The position numbers and the translations under genes are program-made. A stretch of 62,123 nucleotides of DNA, the filler included, from Globobulimina sp. (taxonomy: Eukaryota), in NCBI GenBank assembly GCA_003354225.1. It is 13 parts of 13 records of this genome, joined end to end, with 100 filler letters (N's around TTAATTAATTAA, not from the genome) between each part and the next. Parts side by side here need not be neighbours in the genome. Positions count along the whole stretch, not along the records: positions 47,886 to 52,565 come from PIVH01001005.1; positions 52,666 to 57,344 come from PIVH01001006.1; positions 57,445 to 62,123 come from PIVH01001007.1; 10 more parts are not named here. One strand, written 5' to 3'. Below are positions 48,651 through 60,039 of the stretch, one piece after another. Position 1 is the first letter of the stretch. Each line of letters begins with the position of its first letter. Below the pieces are notes generated by a model. That model saw only the letters and a program-made list of their open reading frames with translations. It was not told the origin of the DNA and made no database searches.

Positions 48651-48872
48651 ACAACACTGAATAACATTTAGTTATTATTATGTGGATTGTCGCTATAATA
48701 ATTATAACGGAGTGTTTTTAGAGTTATCGGAGTGTTTTTGGAGTTTCAAAGGGTTTTAACAGTTTTGTCGTCCTTAGTTGATATAAAGCGAAAATGTCAA
48801 AATAATAATCATCAGACATAGCTAGCCATCATTATTATACAAGTTAAAATAAAAATTAATTATAAAAACAAA

Positions 48873-50177
48873 TTACATTCTATCACATATAATTTTTGTA
48901 TTCCCACATCCTAATGATATTTGGCTTATTTTTGCACCATTTGTAACTTGCGAAACTTCTCCATTTATACAAAATGGCCGCGACACTCTATTCATATTAT
49001 CATAGGTACAGCATTGATTAAAATGATTATCACCAAACATAAAATATCTATCATCAAATGTCTTTACTACAGAATGATTAGATCCACATTGAATTTTCTT
49101 AATTTTTATATTATTCTCTGCAAAATATCTTATCTGTTGAGGACATAATACATTTCCTTCCAAATTATCGTCACCACATTGTCCAAATGTATTTTCCCCC
49201 CAACTCCAAACATCGTAATTTTCATCAATAACCAAATTATGATACCACCCACATTCAACCTCAATTATTTTTATATGCTGCTCGCTAAAAAAAGTCATTT
49301 CCTGCACATCATTCCTATCTTTTTGTGGATCTTTTAACTTTTTCTCAAATCCGAGCCCCAATTGGCCAAAATCGTTACGTCCACAACAAAATAAATTGCC
49401 GTCAAAATCCAAAAACAAACTATGATCTAAACCCGTTCTTATTTCCTTAATTTGCCTCCCATCAAAAAACTCAATTTTCTGCCATTGTTTCATATCTTTT
49501 TCATGTCCATTTGCACCAAAAATGCATTTCCCCACAGAATAAACTTGATTGGTATCGCAATAAATTGTCACTAAATTAAGAATCTCTTTTGGTATTTCAG
49601 CAGTGAATAATTGATTATATTTTGCACAAAAAAAAGACAAAATATGATAATCCATACATTTTTTGTTCGAACACAAAGCTAAATTATAACCATAGGCACT
49701 GCGAATATCAATGCATTTTGAACCTAAATCAGTGATTTTTGTCGGCGAAGTTATATCTAAATTGATGCGCTTATCCTCACCATGTAAACCTAATTGATTT
49801 CGTCGGTTTGGCCCTTGTGAATATACGATATTTCTATCTGTGGTCCAAAATGTATTATAGCCGTTTGGTGAGGTTTTGATTGATTTAATTTTAATATTAT
49901 TTTGCATGAAATACTCAATGATTTGTAGTTTGCGAATTATATATTCATTGTTGCCAACACCGCACTGTCCGCTTAGGTTATAACCCGCAGCGAAATAGCT
50001 TTGACTGCGCCAATCGCCAAAGATTGTAAAAAATCTGCCAGAATGGATGGAGGTTATATATTTGTCTTGATTGTAGTTATGAAAGCGCACCAATTCCATC
50101 ACGTCATTGGTAGTTTTCAGACCTAATTGACCATAGCCACTCTCCCCAATCACCAATATAATGTTATTGTCATCCAT
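48873..50177 (-). CDS. RCC1-repeat (beta-propeller) protein
   Basis: Repeated G.N..GQ(L/C)G and (I/V).CG..H motifs. ATG at 50177. Confidence 0.9.
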   Translation of the reverse strand: MDDNNIILVIGESGYGQLGLKTTNDVMELVRFHNYNQDKYITSIHSGRFFTIFGDWRSQSYFAAGYNLSGQCGVGNNEYIIRKLQIIEYFMQNNIKIKSIKTSPNGYNTFWTTDRNIVYSQGPNRRNQLGLHGEDKRINLDITSPTKITDLGSKCIDIRSAYGYNLALCSNKKCMDYHILSFFCAKYNQLFTAEIPKEILNLVTIYCDTNQVYSVGKCIFGANGHEKDMKQWQKIEFFDGRQIKEIRTGLDHSLFLDFDGNLFCCGRNDFGQLGLGFEKKLKDPQKDRNDVQEMTFFSEQHIKIIEVECGWYHNLVIDENYDVWSWGENTFGQCGDDNLEGNVLCPQQIRYFAENNIKIKKIQCGSNHSVVKTFDDRYFMFGDNHFNQCCTYDNMNRVSRPFCINGEVSQVTNGAKISQISLGCGNTKIICDRM

Positions 50178-50554
50178 TGTTTCAATTGGTTTGTCGTAGC
50201 CTTGCACTCAAAAAATTCCTCACAAGGAGACGATGCTGAGGACTGGAGGCAGTGACTGGGACTAAAAAACTTATTTGACGGTTAAATAATAGTATTTTAA
50301 AGGAAACTAGTAATAATATTATGATGATGAAATTTTGCTAGAAACTAAATCGGCAATGAATATTAATACAAACACACCAAAACGAAAACGTTGTCACTTG
50401 TGTTCTGACAGTACGTAAACTACGGATTTAAAAGGACTTTTGCTATTTTTCCGTTTTTGTTCATTTAAACTTGGCTGAACTTCTGTAAACACCACTTATA
50501 TAATTATGAAGATTATAATCAAACTAAAACCACGCCACATTCTTTCGTTCAATG

Positions 50555-51384
50555 TCATTTGTCATACCACTGATAATTACAATCTGTACATTTTGATTCA
50601 AACTCTTTTGGTTTCATAGAATGATAATAATATATAATACATTGATTTATTAATTCAGGGATATTATAATAACTGTTATAATCATGAAGGGACAGAAGTT
50701 TTTTTTCAACATTTCTACAAAAGCCAAAAACGGTAAATCTGACACTCATATCTAATGATTTCATTTTTTTCAAATCAAATGGCATTTGCTTGATTTCACG
50801 GTCATACGTTATAGAATTCACCAACGTTTCAGCCAATGTTTGAGAAACAGATTCGGGCAAATTCTTCTTTAATAGAAACGTAACGTGATAAATGCGAGCT
50901 TGCTTCAACTCGTGATTTGAAATAGCACTGTTTAATATTTGTAGCAACATTATCTCATTATTGGCGACAACACTGTTCAATATTGTGTCCAAATAATCAC
51001 TTGGTATTATATGCAAATTGACAAAATCCTTTACAATGTCCGCGCACGCATTGGATACTTGTGCTGTTTCTCGAGCAGTGCGTGCTTGATACGCCGGACT
51101 GGCGACTGGATTAAACTTAGTGTATAGTTATGCATTTACATCATGGATGAAATTTATTTGCTGAGTGTTGGAAAAGATACCTGAAAGTTGTTATGGTTAT
51201 TTATTATATTATTCATATTGAAATTATTATGTCTGAAGCGACAGCTATTTCCATAGCGACAATTGTTGTAAAAATGGCATAATGAGACTGAGTTTGGATA
51301 TGAATGACTATATCGGCAATTTTTACCATATCTACATCCTATCATCGAGCCGTAAAATTTACAATTTTCTTGAATGTTGCTCAT
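50555..51384 (-). CDS. Tandem CCCH zinc-finger protein, 2 exons
   Basis: CKFYGSMIGCRYGKNCRYSH and CHFYNNCRYGNSCRFRH. Intron 51116-51180 joins in frame to the 50555 ORF. Confidence 0.8.
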
Positions 51385-51450
51385 GTTATCGTGTCGGTAA
51401 AAAAAAAAGCTTTAGTTTTTAAACAAAATTTAAACACATTTGACAGTGTT

Positions 51451-52460
51451 TCATTTTCTACAACATTTATGCATTGATTTGTCAGTATGGATATCATCCA
51501 ATATTTCGAAAAATTGTGCCGTTAAATCGGAATTGAAAAACTGATGTTTTCCATTCAATTCATTTATTTGCATTTTGATTAAATTAATCTCTTTTTCTCG
51601 TTCTGCCCAATAACGACCAGCTGGCCATCGACGTATTTTATCCACATCATACAATTTAGTTTTTATGCCATCCAATTCACGAAAAGACGATTGATTAACA
51701 TATGAATAATATTTACTTTCTTTAATAACATCGAGATAAAAACTAACAAAAACACGCAATGCAAACGCAGCAATTTTATGCAACATATTCCAAGTGGCGA
51801 TTTGTTGCAATTTCTTAATTCCCTGCCATTCAAAAACAAATTTATTCATTATAGTTTTTCTGGCATCGAATGAATGTAAATAATATGCAGAATATGGAGA
51901 ATATTTCATTTTGTGATCTAAATGTTTTGTTTCTGACAAAATATCCAAACTATCCCTCATTTCCGCGACTAAGCCAAAATCAATCAGTACACAATGATTA
52001 TTATCTATATTCAGTAAAACATTATGTATCAATTCATCCGAATAAAATATTAATTCTCCTCTCAACACATCCAATGCATTTTTAATGTCCTCATAACAAT
52101 TCAAGACAAATATTAATAACTTATTCCTATCCTTCGTCCATTCTAATTCTTGCAATTGTTGATGTTCTATTTTATGGATTGTTGTTTCCCTCAGTTTTTG
52201 TAATCTGTTTGCATGATATTCCAACAAATCAAACATTGTAATACTATTATTTATTAATTGTAGAAAAATAAAACAATGCGTTTCTGTTTCATAAAAATTG
52301 GATAACTTCTCATGTAAATGTAAAATATATGGATTTGATCCAATATGTTGCAATGTAATCCATTCTCTTTTTAAATGATAACAGAAATCCTTTGCATAGG
52401 AATGTTTTAATGCAAATTGAGAGGAATTTATATTTACAGAATAAACGGCGCCTTGACCAC
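51451..52460 (-). CDS. Atypical protein kinase-like protein (5' structure uncertain)
   Basis: GGQGAVY, FALK, KREW, YSDELIHNVLL, LIDFGL. Candidate acceptor gcctag ends at 52461. Confidence 0.7.
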
Positions 52461-52665
52461 CTAGGCGTTGTCATTAGCACATTTAATGTTTTTTGGTAAA
52501 CATCATGAGTTGTAATTCATATTGTTGGTTTTTATCAATATTCTCATATTTTACGATATCATTGCNNNNNNNNNNNNNNNNNNNNNNNNNNNNNNNNNNN
52601 NNNNNNNNNTTAATTAATTAANNNNNNNNNNNNNNNNNNNNNNNNNNNNNNNNNNNNNNNNNNNN

Positions 52666-53008
52666 AAATAAATTATTATTATCCATAGAAAATGTGATAA
52701 ATAAACCAGGAGCACCAGTCAATGCTTTTAAAGTATTGAGTCACCACGATGCTACTCGTAGTCATATTGGACGATATTTTAATTTTGATAGAAAAACAAT
52801 GGATAATATCTTAGGTCGATGCAATTGGCATGACGGGAGATTTAATGTTTTAAATTCAAGAACAGGAATAACCACAAAAGTGGTTATCTGGAGAATGAAA
52901 AATGACGGAGTTAATGTTGTTGGTGATGGTTCCGGCAGAACAGAACCGTGGGGCGATGGTTATCCGCATGAGTATAAAACAGGCGATATGCTGTCTATGT
53001 GGTGGTGA
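52666..53008 (+). CDS. Unknown protein, C-terminal fragment
   Basis: Open frame from near the contig start with globular-looking composition; no family recognised. Confidence 0.4.
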
Positions 53009-53263
53009 AATAAGAATGAAATTAACTAAAATAATATGCTTGAAATATTATAAATATACTTGCTTTGAGCAATGTATCCTTGTTAGTATGATGTGTATTA
53101 AGTTATAGCAAACCATTTCTGTATAAAAAGTATAATTGAATAAAATGTATACAATTTATATCGTTGACCTCTATGTTGTCGTTGACAAAATGATATGTAT
53201 GATATACACCTTTTTTTTTAGGCTTTAACATTTTTAAAAAAAATCCACAATCCAATTCTAACA

Positions 53264-54815
53264 ATGTCTATCAACTCCCAGGAGTCTAATGGCCACAATT
53301 CCAACACATCAATTACAACCACTACAAACAGTATGAGCGTAGATAATGATACATCAAAAGACTGCCAATTAATGAAACATATCATTGAGTTAAGAACACA
53401 CCAATTATAGATCCAGAGCGCAAGGATTAATGCAAAAAAAAACAAATACAATCAGACATTTACGATCAAAAGGCTTGGACCACATCGCCAATGAATTACA
53501 AAATGAGACCGAATCCAAAACCACAAACAAACAAAACGACAAAAATGGACATTTAAACCGAAAAAGACCATTTTCTGAAATGAATGGAGAATCGGAATCC
53601 TCCTCATCCTCATCCTCATACTTATCCCTTTTATACGAAAACAAAGCAACCACAAACAACAAAAACAGCACTAATTTTGTCTCTGACGAACAAGTGATGT
53701 CCGCACAAGATTTCTCCTTCCAATCCTTCGGCGAATACTCGCAATTATTTGTACACAGCAACAAATCCGAAATTTCGTGTATCTCCTTCAGTGCAAATGG
53801 CGCATTCAATTGTATCGGCAGTGTGGATGGCAATATTCGCATATTTGATGTAAATAAATTGCACCAATCCCGCAATTTCAACTCCTTAATCAAAAAATAT
53901 GACAGCAACTCATATTCCGACATCCATAGACCGCTGATCTGCACCTTATGCGACACCGAAGCTACCATCAATGAAATCGATTTTTACCCACAGCTATCCA
54001 CCACACAACAACTAGTTTCGTGCAACACAGCCGGCGAGATATCCATTTATGAATTTAGCACACAAAGTCGTCGCAAATCGTCCATTCATACCATCCGGGA
54101 ATGCTTTAATGTTTTAACTGTGCAGTACCACCCTTGCGGCAATTATTTATTATGTGCGGGCGAGTCGTGTTATGTTCGTTTGTATGATATACAACAAGGA
54201 CAGGGATATATTGCTGGTAAGAGTGACAACGGCGATTATAATATAAACCAAATCCGGTATTCGCGGCCCGGTGGCAATATATTTGCGTCGTGCAGTGACA
54301 AAGGAGATATCCGGTTATATGATGGCCGGTCTTTGTGTGTGGTGAATACGCTGCATAATGCACACAAAAGCAAAGCGATTACATCCATTCGATTTAGCGC
54401 AGACAATAAGTATTTGCTGTCGTGCGGTGGGGACAATGTGGTGAGATTATGTGATTTGCGCGTTGGCAAAGAATGTATGAATTTTAAGGGTGGCGGGGAT
54501 GGACAAGCCTGTTTTACATATAATGACGAACATATTTTGTCATATTCCGCAGCTGCAAATCGGATATTTGTGTATGACACGAACAGTGGACATCGGATAA
54601 GCAAATTTAAAGAACATGTGAGTGGGAACAATGAGAATGGCATTTCGTACTTGGCGACTTCGCCGAGGGAGCCGGCGTTTATGTGTGCGTCTTCCAATGA
54701 TAATAAAAATAGATTTTATGCCACGATAAAACAAATGGTTGCAATTGATACTAAGTCATCGGCTCAAAATATATTGCAAAAATATGTTACCGATGCTGAT
54801 GATGAGCAGAAATAA
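53264..54815 (+). CDS. CSTF1: Cleavage stimulation factor 50-kDa subunit (WD40)
   Basis: Intron 53389-53455 yields LMKHIIEHLRSKGLDHIANEL (N-terminal dimerisation-like helix). YSQLFVHSNK...GSVDGNIRIFD and HRPLICTLCD....INEIDFYP parallel CstF-50. Confidence 0.75.
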
Positions 54816-54904
54816 CAAATAACAGAGTGATTATTTATTGTTTTAATTTATGTTAATATTTGCTTTTCACAGATTTAAATAAGTTTTTCTCTAAGCTCTA
54901 AATC

Positions 54905-57344
54905 ATGGGTGTTTCCTCGTCTTTGAATGAAGTCGATCCGGACATGTTGGATTTACGTTTAGTAGCTGAGACCCAATGGACCAAAGATAATGGACAGAAA
55001 ACCTGTATGATGAGTAATTGTAGCAATGATTTTACATTAACAATGAGAAAGCATCATTGTCGATATTGTGGACGTGTTGTATGTGAGGAATGTTCAAAGA
55101 GGAGATTTGAATCGCATAGAATTTGTGATGAATGTTGTGCCGGCTGGAAACACGAAGAAAATAAAAAAGGTAACCAATTGTCACAAAACAATACCACATA
55201 TCCACAATCATATAATGTATCCTATGGTGGCAGTGATGTACGCCAGTTATCAGTGGCTACATTATCAGAGCAATTAGAGTTAAATTTATCATTACGGAAC
55301 ATTCCTAAAATGGATTTGCTGTCGCCGTCCGATCCATTTATTATCATCAAAATGAAAGATGAAGTTCAAAATAAATGGAATACGGTCAGTAAGACTGACA
55401 TAATTTGGGATAATCCAAATCCTGATTTCAGTAACGATATTCGCATAAATTATATGTTTGAAAAAATACAAACAATACGGCTTGATATCTGGGACGCAAA
55501 TAACAAACAAACAAAAGACTTATCAAAGTAATTTAATATATTTTACATTTGTTTTTTTTATTTTTATATATTTTTATATTTATTATATACAGACATGATT
55601 ATATTGGATTTGTTGAGTTTGTTGTTGGTGATTTAGTGACATCAAATGGTCAGAAATTAGTGATTGTGCTCAAAAATAAAAATGGTAGAAAATTAAAAAA
55701 AGTGAATGGTTTGGACCCGATTGCAATTGTACGATCACAAGAAGTGGATGAGAATTATGATGAAATTGAGTTTGAATTTGCTGCAAAGAGCTTGCCTAAA
55801 ATGGATTGGTTTGGTAGCATTGATCCGTTTTTTCAAATATACCGACAAACAAATAACAATGAATGGGCATCCGTGTATAAATCAGAGCATCATACAAATA
55901 CTTACAAACCAAATTGGAAACGATTTACTGTAGAAACGCGGAGGCTGTGTCATGGCGATATGCATAGACCCATTTTAATACGGTGTTGGGACTGGAATAG
56001 GGACGCAAAACCAGACTATGCCTGTTTAGTAATCCTATATATATGTACTAGTACTGTATATATAATATATTTGTTTGTGACTGATACTCCAACTCAGGTG
56101 AAATAAAGACAACATTGTCAGAATTAATAGATAAGAAATCGATCAATTGGCAACAATGGGATGCGCGAAAAAAGAAATATGATTCTAAAAGTTGTGGTCA
56201 ATTATTGATTGGATATGCAAATATAATTAAAAAATATTCATTTACAAGTTTCCTAACTGGCGGATTGGAGCTTCAGTTCATGGTTGCTATAGATTTTACG
56301 GGTTCCAATGGCGATCCACGAAACGAAACATCATTGCATTATATGGGTCCACCGCATTACCAATCACGATATATGAAAGTCATAAAATCCGTAGGCCGCG
56401 TTTTGGAACCATATGGTACGAAAATACAAATAATTTGGTGACGTTTTGTCAAATAAAAGGCATTTAAAGCGTCTGCTACTTTTATTCGACAAAATGTCTT
56501 GGAATTATTTGTCTAATACATTGCGTCTGTGTTGTTTATGTATGCTTAGATGCAGATGGTCAGATAGCAGCATATGGTTTTGGTGCCAACTTAAACCCGT
56601 CCGGCAAGCAAGTGAGTCATTGTTTTAATTTAACATTATCCCCACATGAAGAGGAAGTTGCTGGTATTGATGGAGTAATTGAAGCATACAAAAGTTGTTT
56701 AAATAAAGTGCAATTATATGGCCCCACCTATTTCAGTGAGATATTGGGCAATGCTGCAGCTCAGTCAATGGACATTTGTCGACAAGATGCGCAGTCATAC
56801 AATATATTATTGATCATAACGGACGGTGTTATCAATGATATGCAAAAATCAGTTGATGCCATTGTGGATGCCACGAGATTACCATTGTCGATCATTATTG
56901 TGGGTGTAGGGGATGCGGATTTTAGTAATATGGATACTTTAGACGCTGATGATGAGCCATTGCGACATAGTCGTTCTCGTAAATATATGCAAAGGGACAT
57001 TGTACAGTTTGTACCGTTTAATGAATTTAAAGACCGCCATATGAGTGTGATTGCAAAGGAGACGTTGGAGGAGGTACCAAGGCAAGTGACCTCATTTATG
57101 AGTATGCATAATATACAACCAAATCAACCAAGAAATAATAAACAACCAACTATGGATAATAATATATATTCTGCGTTAGATATGAAACAGAAACAGGAGG
57201 AAATGAAACAAGTGGGCGCTGCGCAATATTCTGAGGGTGCTAATATTTCTGCACAACAACCTTCTGCGCCGTCTGCGCCTTTTGCATATAATCCAAACAA
57301 TAATGTACCAGCAAACCCGTATTATCAAACTGCGGTGACGAATA
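54905..57344 (+). CDS. FYVE-domain copine (FYVE-C2A-C2B-VWA), 3' end at the contig edge
   Basis: MGVSSS; RKHHCRYCGRVVC; MDLLSPSDPF; MDWFGSIDPF; VAIDFTGSNGDP...SLHY; AYGFGA; LYGPTYF; LLIITDG; LPLSIIIVGVG; RDIVQFVPF. Introns 55528-55592, 56024-56097, 56416-56549. Confidence 0.92.
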
Positions 57345-57882
57345 NNNNNNNNNNNNNNNNNNNNNNNNNNNNNNNNNNNNNNNNNNNNTTAATTAATTAA
57401 NNNNNNNNNNNNNNNNNNNNNNNNNNNNNNNNNNNNNNNNNNNNGTTAAACATGGTGTTCAACATGCATGCATATTAGATTTGGTGCAGCCAGCTCTTAG
57501 ACGACATGTTGAACATGTTACTCAAATGTTCAACCCACAATTTTAAAACCCCTGAGAAAGTGTCCACACTCTTTTTAAAATATATGGAAAATTTGCGAAG
57601 ATGTATACATATGACAGCTGTTTACCTGTTTTATTATTTATTCTTTACTATAATTCTCGCTCCTCTTTAAAGATACAATGCAATTGAAATGAGAATTGCA
57701 AATTCTAATTGAAATGGAATGTATTCGAATATCGCTAGTTTGCTACTCGTCACACCCTCCAATTGTAATGTTCTCTATAGTTTTCTAGTTGTTAGGAAGT
57801 GGTTAGGAAGTGGAAGAAGTTTTTAAGTTAATAATCAAGAAACATTCAAAAAAAACATTTTAACAATGGGCCCTAAAGCCAG

Positions 57883-59834
57883 TCAGTTACATAATGTATT
57901 ACATTCTGTTAAAGTATCACCCTCCATTCCAATCCCTTGTTCATTTAAATGGGCATTTTCTTCATTTTGCCGAGTCGCTTCCACACTTTCCTCTCCTTCC
58001 ACTGTTTCCAATTCCACTCCTTCCAATTCCACAGCATTTAACGGTTTTGCATTTCGTCTTTTATTCACGTAAAGAAATACACAAATTGTTCCAAGAAATG
58101 CACACACTGCGACTGCAATGATTGTGATTGTTTTTGTATTCACTTTGTTAAAAACAATAATATGAATCACTGCGAATTAAAAGCTTAGAATCCGGCAAAA
58201 CGTTTTTGTTTACATCTTACTCATTTAATTCGCAGTGACTCATAGATGTACATTATAAATACCTCTTTGCTTTGTTGTAACATTGAATGGTGGATTTGCA
58301 GTTGCATTTGGCCATGGATTTGTTGTCGGATTTTCAGCCCATCCATTTTCATGGCCACATCCTGTATCTTGATCACATTCAACAAAACATGTTCCATAAC
58401 AATATAAATAAACATTCAAACACGCTTTAGATGCATCGCATGATACGGTACAATGATCAGTTTCATTGCAAGTTATTGATACCCACCAACCAGAATAATA
58501 ACCAGTGAAATATACAGTAATATTCATTCCTGAGCTTGTAATACTTGCACCAGAGCATGAATAGGAACCAGTACAATAAATATGTGACATTTTTGTTATT
58601 GTTGTCTGAGCACATGAGTAAGACCCATAGCAATATGCAGTTCCTCCGTTTCCCGCAATAGATCCTCCCCAACATGCACGTTCAGCAGAACATTCAACCA
58701 TTAAATCGGTACTATTTGATATTATTTCTGTAGTATCACATGAATACGCTCCACTGCATACAACAGACGCTCCATTGCTATCATATGATATTAAAGAATC
58801 AGAACATGCATAGGCTGCTCTGCAACATATTGGTCCAACATTTGTTGTGTAAATAAGATCTGTTCCATAATAATGTTCTTGGAAATTATCAAATGTTTTA
58901 TCAGTCATTTGTTTTGAACATTGGTCTTCATTCGTTGCTGTTATTTGTGTCGAGTTCCAAAATAAAATTTCTTTTGCATTCTGTGGCAATCTAATTTATA
59001 TATTTATTTGTTTTGGTTTTAATTAAAAATAACTTAACATACTAATTCAAGACTTGTGTTTGGCGACAATGCATAATCAAACTCAGGGAGAAAATTGCAC
59101 TGTGCATTGTCATCGCATATTAACGAAAGCCCACCACATCCATTCCGAGCACAATGTGTATTACAAGTACTTCCTGCTTCGCATATTAATGAAAGTCCGC
59201 CATATCCGGCTGCTGCAACAGAATGTGTGGTCTCGCAGGTACTGTTTGCACCGCATACTACAGAAAGTCCACCACATCCATTATAATAGCAATGTACATT
59301 AAAAGTACTTCCTGCTTTGCAATGAATAATGGATTGATATCCTGCGTAATATCCATAAAAATGTGCATTGGAAATACTAGTTATAATATTTATTGTTGTT
59401 GCAAATAATGATAATGCTCCATATGCATATAAAACAGCTTTTTGATTCGAAATTAAAATTGTTGAATGTGCGCATGATTTGTCACCAGAACAATAAACAC
59501 TCCCTTTCATCCCGGTTGATATATTTGTATTCATTAATGAGTTTGCTCCGTTTCCATAGATATAATCTGATGCCTTAATGGATGCGCTATTCGAGCATGA
59601 AGATGTTCCCCCACACGAAAGCTTATACGCATCAATTTTTGGGGTTTGTTTGCAGGACAATGCACCATAACAATCACGATAATATGTGGAAGATGATGGT
59701 GATTGGAATAAACTCTTATAGCCAGATGCATAGACCGTACCATTGATGATATCTGTTGTACATTGCGACTCCATGTGGCAAGTGGTGCTATAAGAACAGC
59801 AAATAAAGGCAGATAAGAAACAAAGCGAGATCAT
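57883..59834 (-). CDS. Cys-rich (C.G..SC repeat) type I membrane surface protein, 3 exons
   Basis: Signal MISLCFLSAFICCSYS; repeated YCxGxYSC. Probable introns 58981-59042 and 58170-58262. TM IIAVAVCAFLGTICVFLYV followed by NKRR. Confidence 0.75.
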
Positions 59835-60039
59835 GGTTATATTTATTCTAAAGATTTTTAGATTTTTAACACCATCTTCCTGGTGATCCTTCCAAATTAA
59901 TCTACAGTGAAAGTTGCATTAAATTATACTTTAATACAAATTTGCAAGATGAAGAGGCAACCAAAAGGATCCTTATTGCAACCTGCTTTGTCAACAAATT
60001 CCGTTTTTTCTGAATCTTATAATTCGACTGCTTATTAAC

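Noticed and set aside
43609-57344. PI3P-pathway gene cluster (FAB1 plus FYVE-copine)
   Set aside because: The genes are on different contigs that are near each other only because of length sorting.
4695-57444. Regularly spaced TTAATTAATTAA motifs as a biological repeat or CRISPR-like array
   Set aside because: Each sits in the centre of an identical N-padded 100-bp linker, so they are artificial. ORF ends that run into X residues are also artefacts.
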